From an uncultured delta proteobacterium (GTDB taxonomy: Bacteria > Myxococcota_A > Polyangia > Fen-1088): a stretch of 64,000 nucleotides of DNA. The notes beneath the pieces were generated by a model. It was not told the DNA's origin, ran no database searches, and saw only the letters and a list, made by a program, of their open reading frames with translations. The translations under genes were made by a program, and so were the position numbers. Below are positions 50,136 to 60,237 of this stretch, piece after piece; positions within the stretch are counted from its first letter, which is position 1, and each line of letters opens with the position of its first letter. The DNA lies in assembly GCA_963796685.1 (NCBI GenBank), contig CAWCMR010000013.1, positions 128,001 through 192,000 of the forward strand, in the 5' to 3' direction.

Positions 50136-50930
50136 CTAGCCTGACATCCGTGTCCGGCTCGTGTCGTCGCCCTCGGCTTCGTGATCGAGGAACCACAGCA
50201 AGCGCGAGCTGGAGGCTGGGACGACGCCGACGACCGGCAAGGCGTGGAAATCCGACGGACGCTGTGCCGCCTCCCTCAGCGCCGCTTGCTTGCTCGCCCC
50301 CGTCACCAACAGGGCTATCCAGTGCGAATCATTCAGAAGCGGATAGGTCATGGTCATGCGCGGGCGTGGAGGCGTCACGTGCTCGCCATCATTCAAGGTC
50401 ACCCATCGCTTCCGTTCGTCGAGTGCCGCCGATTCGGGGAAGAGACTGGCCGTGTGGCCATCCGGGCCCATGCCCAAGACCACGGCATCGAGGCGCCGAT
50501 CGTCGTCGCGGCGCTCAGCCATGGCGGCTCGCAGCTCGGCTTCGTAGCGGGCGGCTCCGTCCGTCTGCAGCACGGGCATGGGGTGGAAATTCGCCACGGG
50601 CATGGCGGTGCTCGCGATGACGGCATCCCGGATCAGGTTTGCGTTCAACCTGGGATCGTCGAGAGCGACGCAGCGTTCGTCCACCATCCACACGTGGATG
50701 CGCGACCACTCGGAAGCGGAGAGAGGGGCGAGCTCGGCAAGGGCCGACCCGAGCAACCTCGCCGACGAGCCGCCCGAGAGGGCGAGGTGCGCGGACGCAA
50801 CCACGGCCAACCGTTGCCTCAAGTGGTCGGCCAAGCGAGCCGTCAGTCGTCGGCCGGCCTGGTCGGCGGATACGCTCACGACCGATTCGCCGCGTAGCCG
50901 CGGTCTCTCTTCGGATCGGCCATCAGCCAT
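50136..50930 (-). CDS. pgl: 6-phosphogluconolactonase
   Basis: ALSGGSS, VDERCV, LGMGPDGHTASLFP, PRMTMT, VTGASK; directly downstream of zwf. Confidence 0.9.
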   Translation of the reverse strand: MADGRSEERPRLRGESVVSVSADQAGRRLTARLADHLRQRLAVVASAHLALSGGSSARLLGSALAELAPLSASEWSRIHVWMVDERCVALDDPRLNANLIRDAVIASTAMPVANFHPMPVLQTDGAARYEAELRAAMAERRDDDRRLDAVVLGMGPDGHTASLFPESAALDERKRWVTLNDGEHVTPPRPRMTMTYPLLNDSHWIALLVTGASKQAALREAAQRPSDFHALPVVGVVPASSSRLLWFLDHEAEGDDTSRTRMSG

Positions 50931-50933
50931 GGG

Positions 50934-52514
50934 CTAGGCTCCACTCTCGGTGGCTTCGGCGTCCATGGGGCGAGGCGGCTCGGCCCGCGAGCCGTCGGTC
51001 TCGGGGTTGCGCCACTTGCCGAACGGTTTGATGAGCGCGTCCGCGGCCGCCGGTCCCCAACCCCCCGAGGGGTAGAGCTCGAGCCCCGCCTCCGGATGAT
51101 CGCGCCAATGGTCGAGCACAGGCATGACGATGCGCCAGGCCGCCTCGACCTCGTGGCGATCCTTGAAGTGCGTCTGATCGCCCTGGATGGCTTCGAGAAG
51201 GAGCGTGGCATACGCCTCGAAGGGGACCGCCTGGAACTGGTCTTGGTAGTCGAAGTCGAGCAGGGCCGACTCGAGGTGAAGCCCATGGCCGGGCACCTTG
51301 CCCTCGAAGCGCAGGCTGATGCCCTCGTCCGGCTGCACGTTCACGACCAGCTGGTTGTGGCGAGGTCGCACGTGCCCGTTGCCAAGATTGCGAAACAAGT
51401 GCGGCGCGGGCTTGAAGTTGATCACGAACTGGGTCAGCTTGCGCCGCATGCGCTTGCCTGTGCGCAGGAAGAAGGGCACGCCTTCCCAGCGCCAGTTGTC
51501 GATGGACAGCTTGAGGGCGCTGAAGGTGTCGCAGTCCGAACCGGGCCTGACCCCGGGCTCTTCGCGGTAGCCGGCCAGCATCTTGCCGGCGACCTCGCCG
51601 CGCGCGTATTGCCCGCGCACGGCGACCTCGGGCACTTCTTCGTAGGCGATGGGGCGCACGGCCTCGAGCACCTGGCGCTGCTCGCTGCGCAGGTCCGCGG
51701 CGCGAAAGGAGCTCGGCGGCTCCATGGCGACGACAGCCATGAGCTGGAGCAGATGGCTCTGGATCATGTCGCGCATGGAGCCGATGCCGTCGTAGTAGCC
51801 GGCGCGGCCCTCGAGCCCGACAGTCTCGGCCGCGGTGATTTGAACATTGTCGACGTAGCGGCGGTTCCACAGCGGCTCGAAGAGCAAGTTGGCGAAGCGA
51901 AACACCAGCAAGTTCTGAACCGTCTCCTTGCCCAGGTAGTGGTCGATGCGAAAGACATCCTCGTCGTCGAAGACGCGGCCGAGGGCGCGGTTGAGCTCCT
52001 CGGCCGAGGCCAGGTCCGACCCGAATGGCTTCTCCACGATGATGCGCTGGCGGGGCGAGGCCTCCGACGGCGCCTGGCACCACAGCTTGCCGCCTTTGAC
52101 CAGGCCCGAGCTGCCCAGGTTGGCGATGATGGGCTGGTAGAGCTCGGGCGCGACCGAAAGATAGAACAAGGTGTTGCCGCCGGTTCCATAGCGGTCGCAC
52201 TCGAGTTGCAGTGCCTGCACGATGGCCGGCCATTCGGAAGGGCTGGCTGCGTCCGCGGCGTGGTAGCGCAGGCGCTGCGAGAAGGTGTTCCAAGCACTCT
52301 CGCTGAATCCCCGCCGGGCGGCACAGCCGGGCTTGCACCGCTGGCGGAAGCCCTCATCCCCGAGGCGGCTCCTGCTGATGCCGAGGACGCCCAGCCCATT
52401 GGGCAGGATGCCCGCGAGAAACAGCTCGAACAGCGCGGGGACGAGCTTGCGCCGGGTGAGATCGCCGGAGGCGCCGAAAATGACGATCAAGCAAGGAAGC
52501 TCTTGGTTGGTCAT
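50934..52514 (-). CDS. zwf: Glucose-6-phosphate 1-dehydrogenase
   Basis: [44 protein letters not shown]. Confidence 0.96.
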   Translation of the reverse strand: MTNQELPCLIVIFGASGDLTRRKLVPALFELFLAGILPNGLGVLGISRSRLGDEGFRQRCKPGCAARRGFSESAWNTFSQRLRYHAADAASPSEWPAIVQALQLECDRYGTGGNTLFYLSVAPELYQPIIANLGSSGLVKGGKLWCQAPSEASPRQRIIVEKPFGSDLASAEELNRALGRVFDDEDVFRIDHYLGKETVQNLLVFRFANLLFEPLWNRRYVDNVQITAAETVGLEGRAGYYDGIGSMRDMIQSHLLQLMAVVAMEPPSSFRAADLRSEQRQVLEAVRPIAYEEVPEVAVRGQYARGEVAGKMLAGYREEPGVRPGSDCDTFSALKLSIDNWRWEGVPFFLRTGKRMRRKLTQFVINFKPAPHLFRNLGNGHVRPRHNQLVVNVQPDEGISLRFEGKVPGHGLHLESALLDFDYQDQFQAVPFEAYATLLLEAIQGDQTHFKDRHEVEAAWRIVMPVLDHWRDHPEAGLELYPSGGWGPAAADALIKPFGKWRNPETDGSRAEPPRPMDAEATESGA

Positions 52515-52885
52515 GCCGATTAGCATAGCGCGTGCCGGCGGTAGTGAAAGGTGCTAACCAATGAGACATGGCGCCCAAAGTGGGCAAGAGATGGGGAAGA
52601 GCCCGTGCCCGAGAATCCGTGAGCGGCTCCTTCTGGCTCCGTGCGCCGCGGGCCTTCCGGTGAAAGGAAGAGAGAACAAGAGAGGACGGAAAAGGAGAAA
52701 AAGGACCGCAAAAGTCATGATTTACGAAACCCTGTGTTTCCGGTCCTTTGAGCTTGTAGGACTGGGGACTACGGATTGCCGGGCCGCCAGCCGACAGGAA
52801 TATCGGCAGGGGCGCGACTCAAAGCGAGACGAAATCCGCCGTACACTCATCCTAAAGAAGAAGAGAGCACACTCTCGAGGGGACG

Positions 52886-53767
52886 ATGGAAGATTCAAGA
52901 CCCGTGATTGGCCAGGTGGAGATTCGGCGGACCAAAACGCGGGCTGTGCGAGCGTCTTCGACGACCTCTGGTGACAGTTGGCTCGCCCGTGGCAGGTATG
53001 TGGCGTTCGGGGTGTCCTGGGAAGTGCGCGCCGATGATGTCTCGGCCTACCATCTGTTGCTCGACCGGCTGCCCCCGGTCGCCTCACCGACCAGCAGCAA
53101 GAGCACGATGCGCTGCTATGCCTTTCGCACCTTGCCCTCCAAGATCTCGGACGGCGAAGTGAGCTATCTGCTGACCGCCGATGGTCGACCGCTGGTGCGA
53201 TCTTCCGAGCCGACCGATATCGCCGAGGCATTCGAGGAAGATCTCAAGTGGTTCGTGGCCGAGCGTTCGCCGCGCAGGGTGTTTCTGAACGCGGGGGTGG
53301 TGGGGTGGCGCGATCGCGCGATCCTGATTCCGGGCGGTCCACATTCTGGCAAGAGCACGCTCGTGCGGGCCCTGGTCGGGTGTGGAGCGACCTACTTCTC
53401 CGACGAGTATGCCGTCCTGGAGGGCAACATGGTCCAACCTTTCCCGGCGAGGCTGCCGAATTGGTCGGCCCCCGGCACGTCGTTGTCCTATTGGCTGGAC
53501 GAGTTCAACAGCACCCGTGCTCCCGCGCCTGTGCCGGTCGGCTTGGTGCTGTTCGCCCCTCATCAGGCGGGGGCCGTATTCAAACCGCGACTGCTGTCGC
53601 GCGGCAAGTCCCTGCTCGGCATGTTCAAGCACGCTGTGGCGGCGCAGCGTCATCCCGAGAGGGTGCTGAAGACGCTTGAAACCATCACCCGTCGCTGCAA
53701 CGCCCTTGAGGGGGTGCGCGGAGATGCCCAAGCCGCCGCGACCTATTTGCTCGAACGGCTAGTCTAG
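52886..53767 (+). CDS. HPr-kinase-like P-loop kinase (HprK-related family)
   Basis: FLNAGVV, GGPHSGKSTL Walker A, YFSDEYA, PFP motifs of HprK-related kinases. Confidence 0.7.
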   Translation: MEDSRPVIGQVEIRRTKTRAVRASSTTSGDSWLARGRYVAFGVSWEVRADDVSAYHLLLDRLPPVASPTSSKSTMRCYAFRTLPSKISDGEVSYLLTADGRPLVRSSEPTDIAEAFEEDLKWFVAERSPRRVFLNAGVVGWRDRAILIPGGPHSGKSTLVRALVGCGATYFSDEYAVLEGNMVQPFPARLPNWSAPGTSLSYWLDEFNSTRAPAPVPVGLVLFAPHQAGAVFKPRLLSRGKSLLGMFKHAVAAQRHPERVLKTLETITRRCNALEGVRGDAQAAATYLLERLV

Positions 53768-53782
53768 AGACGGAGGTTCCTG

Positions 53783-53875
53783 CAAGACCGACAAAGAACG
53801 CAGAGAAAGACCCCCCATAGCACTCCTCCCCGGTCCCGTTCCCCAAGTCTTTCTCTGTGTTCTCTGTTGGTTTTG
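53783..53875. repeat. 29-bp imperfect inverted repeat (REP-like hairpin / possible bidirectional terminator)
   Basis: CAAGACCGACAAAGAACGCAGAGAAAGAC vs GTCTTTCTCTGTGTTCTCTGTTGGTTTTG; 4 mismatches, 3 of them G-U on the + strand; lies between convergent genes. Confidence 0.75.
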
Positions 53876-53898
53876 AAAAGGACCTGACTCTGGGCGTA

Positions 53899-55971
53899 TC
53901 AGGTTCCTTGCGATGCCAGGCGGGCCAAGCGCCGAAGCAGATCGGGCAGGGATTGCACCCGCGCGCGCTCTGGGGGCGTCAGGAGGGCGAGCGCATCTTC
54001 CTGTGACTCGGCCTTGAGAATCTTCAGCTCGGCCGTGGCCTGGACCGCGTCGGCTGCATGATCCGTCGTCGCGGTCTCCGGGCAATCGGTCAGGGCCAGG
54101 TGGCGCTGCAGAAGCGCGGAGTCCCGGACAATCGCGCCCAGGTCGGGGGTCCGGGCCAGGGCTTCTCGATAGGCGGGATAGGCTTCGTGGGCGCGCCGGC
54201 AAACCGGGGGCGGCTCGGCCTCGTGGGGCGTACGCAAAAGCCCGGCGCGCTGGCACCATCGGCCGGCCATGGAGGAGGAGGCCAGGCGCGAGAGCGGAAT
54301 GGAGAGCACCATGCCGACGACGGCGGGCGACAGCCAGGCCAGCATCTGCCACGAGATGGCGAGACCGCCCGCGGCGAGGGTCGCGCCAATCAGGGTATGC
54401 CAGCGATGGTAGCGCCCCGCCTGTGACCAGGGCAAGGAGTCTCCCTCCCGCTGCTGCGGACGCCATCCGGAATCGTGTCCGAGCAGCACCGACGCCACCA
54501 CGCCGCAGTGGATGAGCATCAGCACCGGGGCGACGAGCGCCGACGCCACGACCTCGAACAGGAAGCTCAAGGGCAACATCCAGCCGCTGCCGCGCAGGCG
54601 CCGCCAGCGACAGACGAATGCCAGCAGCCCGAGCAGCTTGGGGCCGAGCACGATGGCCATGGTCATCACGAACAGGCGCAAGGCGCGTGCCGGATCGAGA
54701 TGCGGCCACAGCGGAAAGAGCGTGTGACCGCGAACGAAGTAGGCGTGTCGTGCGAATTCGTACTGCACCCCGAGGCCGAACGCCGCGAGAAGGAAGATGA
54801 GCCAGACCGGTGACGAGAGATAAGAGAAGATGCCGATGAGGAGATGCAGCCGGCTCACCCAGTGCAGTCCCTTGCCGGTGAGCACACGCACGTGCTGGAG
54901 ATTGCCTTGACACCAGCGCCGGTCGCGCACCGCCATCTCGACCAGGGAGGACGGGCATTCCTCGAACGAGCCCGGCAAGTCGTCGGCGATCACCACCTTC
55001 CAGCCGGCGCGCCGGATGAGCGCTGCTTCCACGAAGTCGTGGCTCAGGATGGCCCCGCCGAGGGGAGGCTTGCCCGACAGCTCGGGCAAGCCCGCGGACT
55101 GCATGAAGGCCTGCGTGCGCAGGACGGCGTTGTGCCCCCAGAAGGTGCCTTCGTTTCCCGTCCACCAGGCGAGGCCCGCGCTCAGCACCGGACCATAGAG
55201 GGTGGCCGCGAGCTGCTGCACGCGCGCGAGCAGGCTCTTGCCGTCGTGCAACTGCGGCACGGTCTGGATGAGGCCGGCATCCGGATCATTCTCCATCCTG
55301 CGCACGAGATCGATCATGGTCTGCCCGGCCATGAGGCTGTCTGCGTCGAGCGGCAGGAGATGGTCGTAGGCGGCCCCCCAGCGCAGGCAGAATTCCCGGA
55401 TGTTGCCCGGTTTTCGTGCCGTGTTGTGCAGGCGCCGCCGATAATACACGTGGATGCCGTCACGCAAGCGGCGGCGCAACGCCCATACCATCTCTTGTTC
55501 GGCGAGCGCGAGCTCGGCATCGGTCGTGTCGCTGAGGACGAACAGGTCGAAGGCATGGCCCTGGCCCAGGGCGACGAGCTCGGCCCCCATCGCCTCCAGG
55601 CCGGCGCCCACCCGTGCCGCATTCTCGTGGTGGATGGGCATGAGGACCGCGGTGTGCGTGCCGAGCGGCGCTTGCCTTTCGCTGGCGCTCTGCCTGCGCA
55701 GCACGATGCGGGCCAGTCCGACGATGGCGGCCACGAGCGGCAACGAGATCCAAAGAATGTTGATGACGAACAGCACCAGCACCACGATTTCGAGCGGAGT
55801 CAGCCCATCCACGTCGAGCACCAGGCGCATCTGGTTGCCGGCGAGGCCGCTCACCAGCGCCGCGCCGCCGAGCACGAGCAGCCGGCGCGCCGTCCGCGAG
55901 CGCAAGGCACGATTGCCTGCGGGTTGCCGACGTTGCGTCCGGTCGAAGCGGGCGAACGTCTGAACCGGCAT
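53899..55971 (-). CDS. opgH: Periplasmic glucan biosynthesis glucosyltransferase H
   Basis: VLMPIHHE, FVLSDT, YYRRR..N..RKPGNI, LDADSLM, FWGHNA, LSHDFVEA, RDRRWCQGN. Start uncertain (55971-56058). Confidence 0.93.
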   Translation of the reverse strand: MPVQTFARFDRTQRRQPAGNRALRSRTARRLLVLGGAALVSGLAGNQMRLVLDVDGLTPLEIVVLVLFVINILWISLPLVAAIVGLARIVLRRQSASERQAPLGTHTAVLMPIHHENAARVGAGLEAMGAELVALGQGHAFDLFVLSDTTDAELALAEQEMVWALRRRLRDGIHVYYRRRLHNTARKPGNIREFCLRWGAAYDHLLPLDADSLMAGQTMIDLVRRMENDPDAGLIQTVPQLHDGKSLLARVQQLAATLYGPVLSAGLAWWTGNEGTFWGHNAVLRTQAFMQSAGLPELSGKPPLGGAILSHDFVEAALIRRAGWKVVIADDLPGSFEECPSSLVEMAVRDRRWCQGNLQHVRVLTGKGLHWVSRLHLLIGIFSYLSSPVWLIFLLAAFGLGVQYEFARHAYFVRGHTLFPLWPHLDPARALRLFVMTMAIVLGPKLLGLLAFVCRWRRLRGSGWMLPLSFLFEVVASALVAPVLMLIHCGVVASVLLGHDSGWRPQQREGDSLPWSQAGRYHRWHTLIGATLAAGGLAISWQMLAWLSPAVVGMVLSIPLSRLASSSMAGRWCQRAGLLRTPHEAEPPPVCRRAHEAYPAYREALARTPDLGAIVRDSALLQRHLALTDCPETATTDHAADAVQATAELKILKAESQEDALALLTPPERARVQSLPDLLRRLARLASQGT

Positions 55972-56326
55972 GGTGCCAGGTGCCTCGGGCGGCATCCCCT
56001 TGTCCGCGGAGACCAGCGCTCCCGCGCAACCGCCGATGGAGCCTATGCCTTCGGCCATCGTGCCAGCTCCATCTCGGTGTCGTGGGCCTGCCACGCTCGT
56101 TGCAAGGGCGACATCCTCCTTCCTTCCCCTCAATGAGGGACCTATCGGACAGATGTCTTGCAAGGGCGCCAGGTCGCACACCGAGTTGCGAGAATCGTTC
56201 GCTGTAGACGGTCGAAGTCGGCCACGGAATCGGACAGCACGCGTGGCGGACGCGCGGTACGCGTGCCAGGCTCACGACTCATGGGTGCGACGGCGGTGTG
56301 GCCGGCGGGCGCACAGGTGCATTGGC

Positions 56327-57922
56327 ATGGGTATCGCTTGGACGCGTCGGAAGCTTCTGCAGGCCTCGCTCGCGGCGGGGCTGTCGGCCAGGAACGTCCG
56401 GGCGTGGGCGCGCGCGGCCGCCCGAAACGTCGGGGACGAATACCTAGGCCCACCGCAGAAGTTCGACTTCGCATCGCTTCGCGAACGGGCGAGGCAGCTC
56501 GCGGCTCGACCTTTTCGGCCCGCGCAGATCCGGGACGCATCGGTCATCGAGAAGATCACCTTCGACGTCTCCCAGCACATCCGCTTCCGCCCCGAACACG
56601 CCCTGCATTGGCCCAAGGGCGCATTCCCGGTCGAGCTCTTCCACCTCGACCGCGACGTTCCCCTGCCGGTAGATATCCACGTGGTGCAGGACAATCAGGC
56701 TCGCCGTGTGCTCTATGCGCCGTCCTGCTTCGATTACGACGCTACCGGGCTCGCCACACGTCTTCCGCGCGACCTCGGCTTCTCCGGATTCCGCGCGATG
56801 ACCCCCCCGGGGTTGCAAGGCGACTGGCTGGCCTTCCAGGGCGCGTCCTACTTTCGCAGCGCCGGGCCCTTGAATCAGTACGGCCAGTCCGCGCGCGGCA
56901 TCGCGGTCGACACCACGGTGCCGGGGCGCAAGGAGGAATTTCCCCGCTTCGTCGCCTTCTGGCTCGCCGAGGTTCCGGGCGAGCCGCGTCTCACGGTCTA
57001 TGCGCTCTTGGACGGTCCCAGCCTGGCTGGCGCCTACCGTTTCGACTGCAGCGATCGCGGGGTCGTCGTGATGGACGTGCACGCCGAGCTGTTCCAGCGT
57101 GCGGCCATCGAGCAACTCGGCATCGCCCCCTTGACCAGCATGTACTGGTACAGCGAGACCAACCAGCGCCTGGGCCCTGACTGGAGGCCCGAGATTCACG
57201 ACTCCGACGGCTTGGCCATGTGGACCGGCAGGGGTGAACGCATCTGGCGCCCGCTCAACAATCCACCTGTGCCACGAACCAACACGTTCCTCGACCACGA
57301 TCCGAAGGGGTTCGGGCTGCTGCAGCGCGATCGCAACTTCGACCACTATCTCGACGACGGCGCGTACTACGATCGCCGACCCTCCGTCTGGGTCGAGCCG
57401 AAGGGCTCGTGGGGCGGCGGCGCGATCACCCTGCTCGAGCTGCCCACCGACACGGAGATCGAGGACAACATCGTCGCCTTCTGGCACCCCGACCGCCACG
57501 CGGGTGCGGGCATGCAGTGGGTGTTGGATTATCGCCTGCACTGGGTCGCGGAGGAGCCTTTCCCTTCCCCGCTCGCCCGGGTCGTCGCGACGCGCCTTGG
57601 CCGGCCGGGAAGACCCGGACCCCTGCGAGCGGAAGAGCAGCGGGGGCGCAAGCTGGTGGTGGAGTTTTCCGGCGGGCCGCTGGCCGGCATGGCCCAGCGC
57701 TTCGACCTGACCCTGGTGGCGACGGCATCCCGGGGGACGGTGGCGAACACCCATGTCCTCAAGATCCTGGGCACCGATCGCTGGCGGGCCGAGCTCGACC
57801 TCACGGTTTCCGGCCCGGAGCCCGTGGACCTTCGCTGCTATCTGCGCTTGGGCGCAACCACGCTGAGCGAGACGTGGCTCTATCAATACCTTCCAGGGCA
57901 CTACGGCTTCGACTGCCGGTAG
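56327..57922 (+). CDS. opgD: Periplasmic glucan biosynthesis protein OpgD/OpgG family, Tat-exported
   Basis: TRRKLL Tat leader, FQGASYFR, YGQSARGIA, EEFP.F..FW, APLTSMY, DWRPEIHDSDGL, GFGLLQRDR, DNIVAFW, SETWLYQ. Confidence 0.85.
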   Translation: MGIAWTRRKLLQASLAAGLSARNVRAWARAAARNVGDEYLGPPQKFDFASLRERARQLAARPFRPAQIRDASVIEKITFDVSQHIRFRPEHALHWPKGAFPVELFHLDRDVPLPVDIHVVQDNQARRVLYAPSCFDYDATGLATRLPRDLGFSGFRAMTPPGLQGDWLAFQGASYFRSAGPLNQYGQSARGIAVDTTVPGRKEEFPRFVAFWLAEVPGEPRLTVYALLDGPSLAGAYRFDCSDRGVVVMDVHAELFQRAAIEQLGIAPLTSMYWYSETNQRLGPDWRPEIHDSDGLAMWTGRGERIWRPLNNPPVPRTNTFLDHDPKGFGLLQRDRNFDHYLDDGAYYDRRPSVWVEPKGSWGGGAITLLELPTDTEIEDNIVAFWHPDRHAGAGMQWVLDYRLHWVAEEPFPSPLARVVATRLGRPGRPGPLRAEEQRGRKLVVEFSGGPLAGMAQRFDLTLVATASRGTVANTHVLKILGTDRWRAELDLTVSGPEPVDLRCYLRLGATTLSETWLYQYLPGHYGFDCR

Positions 57923-58004
57923 GTTCTGCCGCCCCAGAACAAAAGGAGATCTCTAAGGAAGCCAGGAAGCCAGGAATGGGAGTACGGCTTGTTCGCGACT
58001 AGAA

Positions 58005-59412
58005 CTAGAGTCGGAGCCTCTCGCCGGGGGCAGGCGCCGTGACGGTCGGGAACCCAAGCTCCGCCAGCTTGCTCATGAGCGTCGCTTGAGCCGGAGGCTC
58101 GCCGTGGACCAGGAGCACCTGGCGCAGCTTGCCCTGCTCGCGCACGGCCTCGGCGAACTCGAGCAGAATCCTTCTGGTCGGCGTGGGCAGAGAAGCCGTT
58201 GAGCGCGACCACCTCCGCAGCCAGTCGGCGCATGACCCCGAAGACCCGGACCTCGCGCTGATGTTCGAGGATGCGCCGGCCGAGGGTGTGCTGGGCCTGG
58301 AAGCCCACGATGAGGATGGTGTTGCGCTGGTCTTCGACGCCTTCGCGCAGGTGGTGCAGGATGCGGCCGGCTTCGCACATCCCGCTGGCAGCGATGATGA
58401 TGCATGGGCCGGGCTGGGCCGCGATGGCTTTGGACTCTTCCTTGTCCGAAACATAGTGAAGACCGTCGAACTCGAAGGGCGGATCGCCCCCGACCAGCCG
58501 GGCGTAGGTCTGCTTATCGTAACACTCGGGGTGCATCTTGAAGACGTCGGTCAGCTTCACCGTGAGCGGCGAGTCCACGTACACCGGAATGCTCGGCACC
58601 TTCTGGGCGGCGCGCAGCCGCTTGAGCGCGTAGACGACCTCCTGCGCGCGCTCGAGGGCGAAGGCCGGAATCAGGATCTTGCCGCCGCGTCGGACCGTGC
58701 GGTTCACGGCCTCGGCCAAGGCGTTGTCGACTTCTTCGATGGGCGCATGCCTGCGGTCGCCGTAGGTGCTCTCGCTGATGAGGCAGTTGATGCCAGTGGG
58801 GATCTCGGGCTCGCGCAGGATGGGCAGCCCCTTGCGGCCCAGGTCCACGGCGTAGGCGACGCGCACATGCGTGCCGTCGTCTTCCACGTCGAGCACGACG
58901 ATCGAGCTACCTAGCACGTGGCCGGCGTCGAGGAGCTTGAGCACGATGCCGGGGGCGATGGTGTGCGCGCGCCGGTAGGGCAGGCCGATGATCTGCCCGA
59001 GCAGGCCGGTGACGTCGTCATGGTTGTAAAGCGGCTCCACCGGCTCCATGTCGAGCCGATCGCGCTCGATCAGTTTCTGGATGTGATGCGCGTCCGCTTC
59101 CTGAATCATGGCCGCGTCGAGCAGCATGGGCGTGCACAGATCGCGCGTCGCCGGGGTCGCGTAGACCGGTCCACGGTAGCCCCGTTTGTGCAGCAAGGGA
59201 AGGAGCCCCGCGTGATCGATGTGGGCGTGCGAGAGCACGACGGCGTCGATTTCATCCACGGGAACTTGCAGCGCGCGGTTGCGCTCGTTCGATTCCTTTC
59301 GGCGCCCCTGGAACATTCCGCAGTCGAGCAAGACCGCGGCTTTCGAGGTGCGAAGGATGTGTTTTGACCCGGTGACGCCGCGCGCGGCGCCGATGAATTC
59401 AAGTTCTATCAA
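58005..59412 (-). CDS. Metallo-beta-lactamase / beta-CASP RNA-processing nuclease (apparent +1 frameshift near 58167)
   Basis: GAARGVTGS, LSHAHIDH, AGHVLGS, ESTYG, AASGMCEAGR, FSAHAD; removing one base joins QKD-LLEF...LVHGE. Confidence 0.88.
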
Positions 59413-60233
59413 TCGCCGCTCCTTTGGTAGAGGTACGTGGATCCGTGCTGTGCGTTGCGGGTCTTCGCGAAGGCTGGCGTGCCGGGTTGCATCTCGGGCG
59501 AAATGCCTCGCTGGAGCAACTCCTGCGCTTCGGCTGGCGTGCTCGCGAAACTAAAGAGGTCGAGGTCGTCCTTGCCGATCATGCCGTGCTTGACCAGGGC
59601 ATCGAAGTTGATGACTTCGGTCCAGTACTCCTTGCCGTACAGGATGACGGTCATTTTGCCCTCGAGCTTGCGCGTCTGCGACAGGGTCAGGATCTCCGAC
59701 ATCTCGTCGATGGTGCCGAAACCACCCGGAAAAACCACCACCGCGCGGGCCAGGTGCGCGAACCACAGCTTGCGCATGAAGAAGTAGTGGAACTCGAACG
59801 AGAGATCCGGGGTGATGTAGCAGTTCGCGCTCTGTTCCTCGGGTAGGCTGATGTTGAGGCCGATGGTGCGGCCACCCGCCTCGGCGGCGCCGCGGTTGGC
59901 GGCTTCCATGATGCCGTGCCCGCCACCCGAGCAAACGAGGAAGCGGGGAGTACCGGGAGGTAGCGCGTTTGTCCACGCGGTGTACAGCCGCGCCAGCTCG
60001 CGGGCGTCGGCGTAGTAGCGGCCGAGCGGTCCGTGCTCGGCCAAGCGGGCGGAACCGAAGAAGACCACGGTTCCATGCACTTTCTCCTGCTCGAAGCGGT
60101 GCAGGGGTTCGAGATACTCGGCTAGGATGCGCAGGGTGCGGGCTTCGTCGCTGTCGAGGAATGCTTCGTTCTTGTAGGCGAGAGGGTGGTGGGCCATGGC
60201 TTTCGGTTTGGATTCGTTCATCGATTGCTCCAT
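59409..60233 (-). CDS. LOG family nucleotide monophosphate nucleosidase (TIGR00730-like)
   Basis: FFGSAR, SGGGHGIMEAANRGA, HYFFMRK, FPGGFGTIDE; stop overlaps the nuclease TTG start. Confidence 0.9.
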   Translation of the reverse strand: MEQSMNESKPKAMAHHPLAYKNEAFLDSDEARTLRILAEYLEPLHRFEQEKVHGTVVFFGSARLAEHGPLGRYYADARELARLYTAWTNALPPGTPRFLVCSGGGHGIMEAANRGAAEAGGRTIGLNISLPEEQSANCYITPDLSFEFHYFFMRKLWFAHLARAVVVFPGGFGTIDEMSEILTLSQTRKLEGKMTVILYGKEYWTEVINFDALVKHGMIGKDDLDLFSFASTPAEAQELLQRGISPEMQPGTPAFAKTRNAQHGSTYLYQRSGD

Positions 60234-60237
60234 CGCA

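Noticed and set aside
52522-52537. Sigma-54-like CGGCACGCGCTATGCT upstream of zwf
   Set aside because: It would place the TSS at or inside the start codon. A sigma-70 -10 element (TATGCT) with a leaderless start fits better.
52561-52974. 137-aa ORF upstream of the HprK-like kinase as a RiPP precursor
   Set aside because: Atypical codon usage and low-complexity purine-derived sequence; overlaps the kinase start out of frame and has no leader/core features.
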